DNA of 64,000 nucleotides from Escherichia coli (GTDB lineage Bacteria; Pseudomonadota; Gammaproteobacteria; Enterobacterales; Enterobacteriaceae): NCBI RefSeq assembly GCF_003019035.1, contig NZ_CP027447.1; one strand, 5' to 3'. Shown piece by piece: positions 58,933 to 64,000 of this stretch (position 1 is its first letter; each line of letters starts with the position of its first letter). The notes under the pieces were generated by a model. It saw only the letters and a program-made list of their open reading frames with translations, ran no database searches and was not told where the DNA came from. The position numbers and the translations under genes were made by a program.

Positions 58933-59871
58933 TTACTGTAATTGAGTTTGCTGGATCAAGATTTCAACTTGTGACTGGCGAGGAATGGGGGCAACTGCGC
59001 CATAACCGGTTGTTGTCAGCGCAGCGGCGGCGTTGGCGTAGCACAGCGCCTCTTCCGGCGAATCACCTTTGATAATGCGGTAAAGAAAAGCACCCGAGAA
59101 GCAGTCCCCAGCCCCGGTCGCGTCGACGGTGGCGACTTTATGGCCAGAGTAGATGATTCGCCTGTTCTCATTGGCGAACATCGCGCCTTCCGCACCCATT
59201 TTTAACACCACATTCTTTGCCCCGAGCTGGAGATAGAAATCCGTAATTTCATCTGCATGATGCTTCCCGGTTAGCAAACGGGCCTCATCGAGGCTAGGCA
59301 TGCAGTAATCTACGTGGCGTATTGTTTCATGGATGATGGCGCGGGCGCGGGCTAACGGCCACAGTTTGAGCCGCAGATTGGTGTCGAAGGAAATCAGCGT
59401 TTGGTGCTTTTGGCACAGTTCAATAGCGTGAAAAAGCGCATCACTGACGTTATTGCCAATGGCGTGCGTGATGGCCGAACTGTGAAATAAGCGCGCGGCG
59501 GCAATCGCGGACTCATTGATATCATCGACCGTCATCGTAGAGGCCGCAGAGCCTTTACGATAAAAGGTAAAGTGGTGGCCTTGTTCATTGTGAGAAATAA
59601 AATAGATCCCCGTCGGGGCCATTTTATGCGTGCAAACCCATTGATGATCGACCTTTTCTTCATCCCATAATGCGCGGAATTTCTGCCCAAATATGTCGTC
59701 GCCAAGTCGGGTTAACATAGCAACTTTAGCGCCTTGTCGCGCCGCGCTAATGGCGAAATTCGATGTATCACCGCCAAATCCGCTGAGATAATGCTGCTCA
59801 GAATGCTCTGTGGGAAGCTGATTGAATTCAAAAAGCGGCTCACCAAATGAAAGAATATCGAACTGCTTCAT
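58933..59871 (-). CDS. PfkB-family sugar kinase, 2-dehydro-3-deoxygluconokinase (KdgK)-like
   Basis: ORF 58933..59904; GFGGDTSN, FDTNLRLKLW and DATGAGDCFSGAF motifs line up with KdgK-type kinases; start set at the ATG at 59871, which has GGAGA 7 nt upstream. Confidence 0.8.
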   Translation of the reverse strand: MKQFDILSFGEPLFEFNQLPTEHSEQHYLSGFGGDTSNFAISAARQGAKVAMLTRLGDDIFGQKFRALWDEEKVDHQWVCTHKMAPTGIYFISHNEQGHHFTFYRKGSAASTMTVDDINESAIAAARLFHSSAITHAIGNNVSDALFHAIELCQKHQTLISFDTNLRLKLWPLARARAIIHETIRHVDYCMPSLDEARLLTGKHHADEITDFYLQLGAKNVVLKMGAEGAMFANENRRIIYSGHKVATVDATGAGDCFSGAFLYRIIKGDSPEEALCYANAAAALTTTGYGAVAPIPRQSQVEILIQQTQLQ

Positions 59872-59936
59872 TACGTTCTCCATGTGATAGTCTAGGCTCG
59901 CCATCGGCCAGATTGGCTGATGGCGGCATAGGAAGG

Positions 59937-60593
59937 TTAGATTCGGCCGTATTTCGCCAGGCCTTCACGCAGAGAACCAGACTGTATAATCAGTTTGGCC
60001 TGTTCCAGCTCGCGGCTATCAATGGATTGTGCCAGTGCTAATACTTCTGCTGCGACCGCCTGCGGTACGCACACCACGCCGTCGATATCCCCGACAATCA
60101 AATCTCCCGGATTCACCGTGACATCGCCGATGGTGACGGGCTGATTGGCTGAAATTGTTTTGAAACGACCAAGCGTAGTGCCTGGGGTTACCGTTTTGGC
60201 GTAAACCGGGAAATCGTAATCGCGACGGATCTCCGCCAGGTCACGTACGCCGCCGTTCAACACTGCAGCTTCATGTTTATTGGCAACAGCCCCGGCGGTC
60301 ATTAGCCCGCCCCAGACGGCAACGGTTTCCAGCGACGGATTTCCGGTAATGACGATGACCGAACCGCTGGCGGATTCGTCAATGGCGTCCAGCGCATGCT
60401 GCGGTGGCAGTTTTTCGTCAGTGACGTCTTCATAAATGGTGACGGCCGGGCCAACGATTTTTTTGTCGTTGATGCGGTTTTTGATTTCAAAAGGCAGGAA
60501 CATCGTTTTGCCCAAGATCTGATCGCAGGCGTCAGCGACAGAAGCGGTCGAAAAAATAGTGCGAAAACCGTCGATAATATTTTTGCTGTACAT
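59937..60593 (-). CDS. RraA-family (class II aldolase / 4-hydroxy-2-oxoacid aldolase-like) protein
   Basis: ORF 59937..60800 trimmed to the ATG at 60593 (MYSKNIIDGF...), which has AGAGGAAG upstream; roughly 218 aa, the size of RraA/DlpA-fold proteins; family assignment is by fold-level resemblance only. Confidence 0.65.
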   Translation of the reverse strand: MYSKNIIDGFRTIFSTASVADACDQILGKTMFLPFEIKNRINDKKIVGPAVTIYEDVTDEKLPPQHALDAIDESASGSVIVITGNPSLETVAVWGGLMTAGAVANKHEAAVLNGGVRDLAEIRRDYDFPVYAKTVTPGTTLGRFKTISANQPVTIGDVTVNPGDLIVGDIDGVVCVPQAVAAEVLALAQSIDSRELEQAKLIIQSGSLREGLAKYGRI

Positions 60594-60624
60594 AACTCTT
60601 CCTCTCTTTATAGCGAATACTAAT

Positions 60625-61584
60625 TTATGGATTAACCCAATTAAGCGGATGCTCGCCTTCAAACGCCCGACGCACTTCATGCGCGGCTTTACTTTGCAAC
60701 TCGACCACCGACTCTTCGGTAAACCAGGCGGTGTGGTCCGTACATAAGGTGTTATCCATTTGCAGCAATGGACTTTTTGCACTGAGGGGTTCGGATTCAA
60801 AAACGTCGAGTCCGGCGGCGAAAATGCGCTTTTGTAGCAGGGCGTTGATCAGCGCCTGCTCATCGATAAGCCCGCCGCGTGAGGTATTGACCAGTACGGC
60901 GCTGGGCTTCATTTTGGCCAGTTCGGCTTCACCGATAAGATGATGGGTGTCCGGGGTTAGCGGGGCGTGAAGAGAAATGAAGTCCGCTTCACGGCACAGC
61001 GTATCGAGATTGACTCGCGTCACGCCTGCTTGTGAAGCCTGTTCATCGGTAAGTAGCGGATCAACTACCAGGATGCGCTTAAAGCCGAACCCTGATGCTT
61101 TTTGTACAAAGCAGCGGGAGATCCGGCCAAAACCGACGACGCCGAGAATTTTTCCCGCCAAGCGGAACATAGGTTCGCGCTGGCCAATTCCCCACTGACC
61201 ATCGCGAACATCACGGTTGCGGGTGGCGATACGGCGTGTTGCGGCCAGTAGTAACGCCAGAGCGTGCTCAGCAACATCTTCCGAGCCGTAGTCTGGTACG
61301 TTAGCGACGTAAATACCTTTTTCTTTGGCGGCCTGGCTATCGATATTGTCTACACCGACGCCATAGCGCACGATAACGCGGCATTGCTGCATCGCTTCAA
61401 TCATAGGGCGACTGACGGTTGCTTCGCGGACCATGATGGCGTCAGCATTGCTTACCTGGCGCAGTTTTTCTTCCAGTGAAGCGTTTGCTGGAACAACAAC
61501 AAACTGCGGATCCCAATCCTGTAAAATATTTTCTTCTGCAGAATAATTTAAATATCCAGGTTCAATAACTACTATTTTCTTCAT
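60625..61584 (-). CDS. NAD(P)-dependent D-isomer-specific 2-hydroxyacid dehydrogenase
   Basis: 319 aa ORF with Rossmann motif GVVGFGRIS and catalytic-domain layout of GhrA/PGDH-type enzymes. Confidence 0.85.
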   Translation of the reverse strand: MKKIVVIEPGYLNYSAEENILQDWDPQFVVVPANASLEEKLRQVSNADAIMVREATVSRPMIEAMQQCRVIVRYGVGVDNIDSQAAKEKGIYVANVPDYGSEDVAEHALALLLAATRRIATRNRDVRDGQWGIGQREPMFRLAGKILGVVGFGRISRCFVQKASGFGFKRILVVDPLLTDEQASQAGVTRVNLDTLCREADFISLHAPLTPDTHHLIGEAELAKMKPSAVLVNTSRGGLIDEQALINALLQKRIFAAGLDVFESEPLSAKSPLLQMDNTLCTDHTAWFTEESVVELQSKAAHEVRRAFEGEHPLNWVNP

Positions 61585-61699
61585 AATATCTACCGTTCTT
61601 AATTATAAAATTAAGTGTTTTAATTTCTACGGCTGTAGTTCGCCGCATCCTGAAAACAGAATGTGAAATTAATGAATGTTTTGTTTGTGGTTTATATCA

Positions 61700-63037
61700 T
61701 CACAGAGTAACGGGTTTGGCGTCCACGATAGCTATATTCTTTAACCAGCGGACAATTAATATTGTGACGATCCCGCCGATTAGCATAACCGCGCTTAAAT
61801 ATAACATCGGTGCCGAGTCGCTTTTTTCTAAATCACGTACCAGAGGGATGGTGTTTTGCGCGAAAAACCCCCCCAGATTTGCCAGTGAATTAATAATAGC
61901 AATGCCTGCAGCCGCCGTTGCGCCTGAAAGAAATTTCGTTAAATTCCAGAAGCAGGGTTGAATTGCAAATACTGATAATACAACGCCGCAAATACAGATG
62001 AAGCTAATAACCGGCTGGGCGAATGTCCAGACCGAGAGCAGCAGACATATTGCAGCGGTGAACATAGGTAATGCGACATTAATATAAGGATTCTCGGTAC
62101 GTTCTGGCTTACTGGTTATCCAGCGCAGCATGATGATAACCATCGCCCATGGGATCATATTGACCAGACCATTCATCATATCCGAGGCACCGAACGTTTT
62201 AACAATAGTTGGCATCCAGTAGCTGATACCGTAGGCACCAAAGCAGATGAACCCGTATACCAGCGCGAGGGCCAGAACACGCCAGTCGGTCAGCGATTTA
62301 CCCAGGCTATTGACCGATTTATCGGTGTTGGCATCCTGTTCGGCGGCCAGTTTTTTAATCAACCAGCTCTTCTCTTCCGCATTCAAGAAGCGAGCCTGTT
62401 CCGGTCCTTGCGGAAACCATAGCAGCACTGGGGCAATCAGCAGAAGTGCAAGCACCCCCGTCGCCAGGAATAACCACTGCCATCCTTCCAGCCCCATAAA
62501 GCCGTGCATGCTAAGCAGTGAGCCGTTAATTGGGGCACCAATCATATTTGCCACCATGCTGGCGGTGACTAAAAAGCCGACAATACGTGGACGATACTTT
62601 AAAGGGAACCATTTGGTAGAATAGTAAATTAGCCCAGGGTAAAAGCTGGCTTCGGCAACACCAAGAATAAAACGCAAAGTATAAAATGTTGACATTTTTT
62701 CGGTCCACGCCAGCGCCATAGTAATAACTCCCCATGACAACAGGCTAATAGTGAACCAGCGTTTAGCACCTACCTTCGATAAAATTAAATTTCCGGGAAC
62801 GCTAAAAACCAAATAACCGATGAAAAAAAGTGATGCGCCGAGGCCAAAAGCTGCTTCACTCCAGCCCAGGCTGTCTACCATTTGTAATTTAGCAAAACTG
62901 ATATTCTGACGATCTATATACGCCACGATGTACATCAATACCATCAGTGGAACAAGTTTCCTGGTTGTTTTTGTTACAATGATTTTTTCTAAATCATTTT
63001 TTGCATCCAGGGACTGTTGCTGTATTGAATGACTCAT
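61700..63037 (-). CDS. MFS transporter, anion:cation symporter (ACS) family, acid-sugar permease-like
   Basis: ORF 61700..63103 trimmed to the ATG at 63037 (MSHSIQQQS...); 12 predicted TMS; AYIDRQNISFA signature as in ExuT/GudP/DgoT-type permeases. Confidence 0.8.
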   Translation of the reverse strand: MSHSIQQQSLDAKNDLEKIIVTKTTRKLVPLMVLMYIVAYIDRQNISFAKLQMVDSLGWSEAAFGLGASLFFIGYLVFSVPGNLILSKVGAKRWFTISLLSWGVITMALAWTEKMSTFYTLRFILGVAEASFYPGLIYYSTKWFPLKYRPRIVGFLVTASMVANMIGAPINGSLLSMHGFMGLEGWQWLFLATGVLALLLIAPVLLWFPQGPEQARFLNAEEKSWLIKKLAAEQDANTDKSVNSLGKSLTDWRVLALALVYGFICFGAYGISYWMPTIVKTFGASDMMNGLVNMIPWAMVIIMLRWITSKPERTENPYINVALPMFTAAICLLLSVWTFAQPVISFICICGVVLSVFAIQPCFWNLTKFLSGATAAAGIAIINSLANLGGFFAQNTIPLVRDLEKSDSAPMLYLSAVMLIGGIVTILIVRWLKNIAIVDAKPVTL

Positions 63038-63161
63038 AACACGTGTTTCCTGAATAAAGTCATAAGATCTGGCGCTCGTCCTCACACCATTGCACGGAGA
63101 CAAGATTTTGTCTGCATAGAGACGCCGTTGTTTTAGCCAGTTGAGATATTATTACCTAAAC

Positions 63162-63407
63162 TGACATGTCACAAAGATATCACTCATTTTTTATGTGGCG
63201 ACAGGATGTGTAAAAACTTGCCGCTTTGATCACAATTAATGGCGATAAAAGTGCTTTTTAGTGTGATGCTTGTCACTAAAAAATGGGATGAATAATCTTT
63301 TTTGACATGTCAGATTTGGGGTTTGTGAATGCAATAAATCACACTGTTGCAGTGGGTTGGCGCGTTAATCATGGAATAAAGGATATTTTTTTATAACTAA
63401 CATGTCA
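63162..63407. promoter_or_regulatory. candidate operator motifs (TGACATGTCA palindromes) upstream of the accessory-locus transporter
   Basis: Perfect 10-bp palindrome TGACATGTCA at 63162..63171 and 63303..63312, and AACATGTCA at 63399..63407; copies 2 and 3 share acatgtcagatt. Confidence 0.4.
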
Positions 63408-63441
63408 GATTGTGGCCCTTGTCAGGAAAGGGCCAGCCTGA

Positions 63442-63771
<330 letters not shown>

Positions 63772-63809
63772 TTATTTTCCCCTCCCGACTTTCATTGAGC
63801 GATTTTCCT

Positions 63810-64000
63810 ATGCGTCTAAACCCCGGCCAACAACAAGCTGTCGAATTCGTTACCGGCCCCTGCCTGGTGCTGGCGGGCGCGGGTTCCGGTAAAACTCGTG
63901 TTATCACCAATAAAATCGCCCATCTGATCCGCGGTTGTGGTTATCAGGCACGACATATCGCGGCAGTGACCTTTACCAATAAGGCGGCGCGCGAGATGAA
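63810..64000 (+). CDS. rep: ATP-dependent DNA helicase Rep (5' end only, runs off the window)
   Basis: [63 protein letters not shown] with Walker A motif. Confidence 0.9.
   Translation, partial: MRLNPGQQQAVEFVTGPCLVLAGAGSGKTRVITNKIAHLIRGCGYQARHIAAVTFTNKAAREM

Noticed and set aside
59937-60800. Long form (287 aa) of the RraA-like ORF
   Set aside because: The first 69 codons overlap the 3' end of the dehydrogenase gene and have no ribosome-binding site. The ATG at 60593 with AGAGGAAG upstream gives a protein of the expected family size.
63412-63432. Hairpin ggccctttcctgacaagggcc just downstream of the ppiC stop, as a possible ppiC terminator
   Set aside because: A good stem but no T-run on either strand, so intrinsic terminator function is doubtful. 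It also overlaps the third palindrome copy.

Overview
This window reads as an Escherichia coli chromosomal segment spanning the origin of replication, from a strain that is not K-12. The gene order is pstSCAB-phoU, a four-gene chaperone-usher fimbrial operon, glmUS, the atpIBEFHAGDC operon, rsmG, mnmG, oriC, mioC, asnC/asnA, viaA-ravA, kup, rbsDACBKR, hsrA, yieP, a complete rrnC-type rRNA operon (16S, tRNA-Glu, 23S, 5S, tRNA-Asp, tRNA-Trp), hdfR, yifE, comM, ilvLGMEDA, ilvY, ilvC, a five-gene accessory locus, ppiC and the start of rep. Two blocks are not part of the K-12 backbone as I remember it. The first is the fimbrial operon (5213..10192) sitting between the pstS promoter and the glmS terminator, which is the Tn7 attachment region. 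The second, and the best candidate for an undescribed system, is a co-directional cluster between ilvC and ppiC (58130..63037) encoding a GntR regulator, a KdgK-like kinase, an RraA-family class II aldolase-like protein, a D-2-hydroxyacid dehydrogenase and an anion:cation-symporter MFS permease; I read it as a non-canonical keto-deoxy sugar-acid utilisation module, which is inference. Other points of note are a one-base homopolymer frameshift splitting comM, an intact ilvG, and a palindromic motif repeated three times upstream of the accessory-locus transporter. No CRISPR array, IS element, integrase or prophage gene was seen. All calls come from reading the sequence and the ORF track; RNA ends and motif coordinates may be off by a base or two, and no database search was possible.
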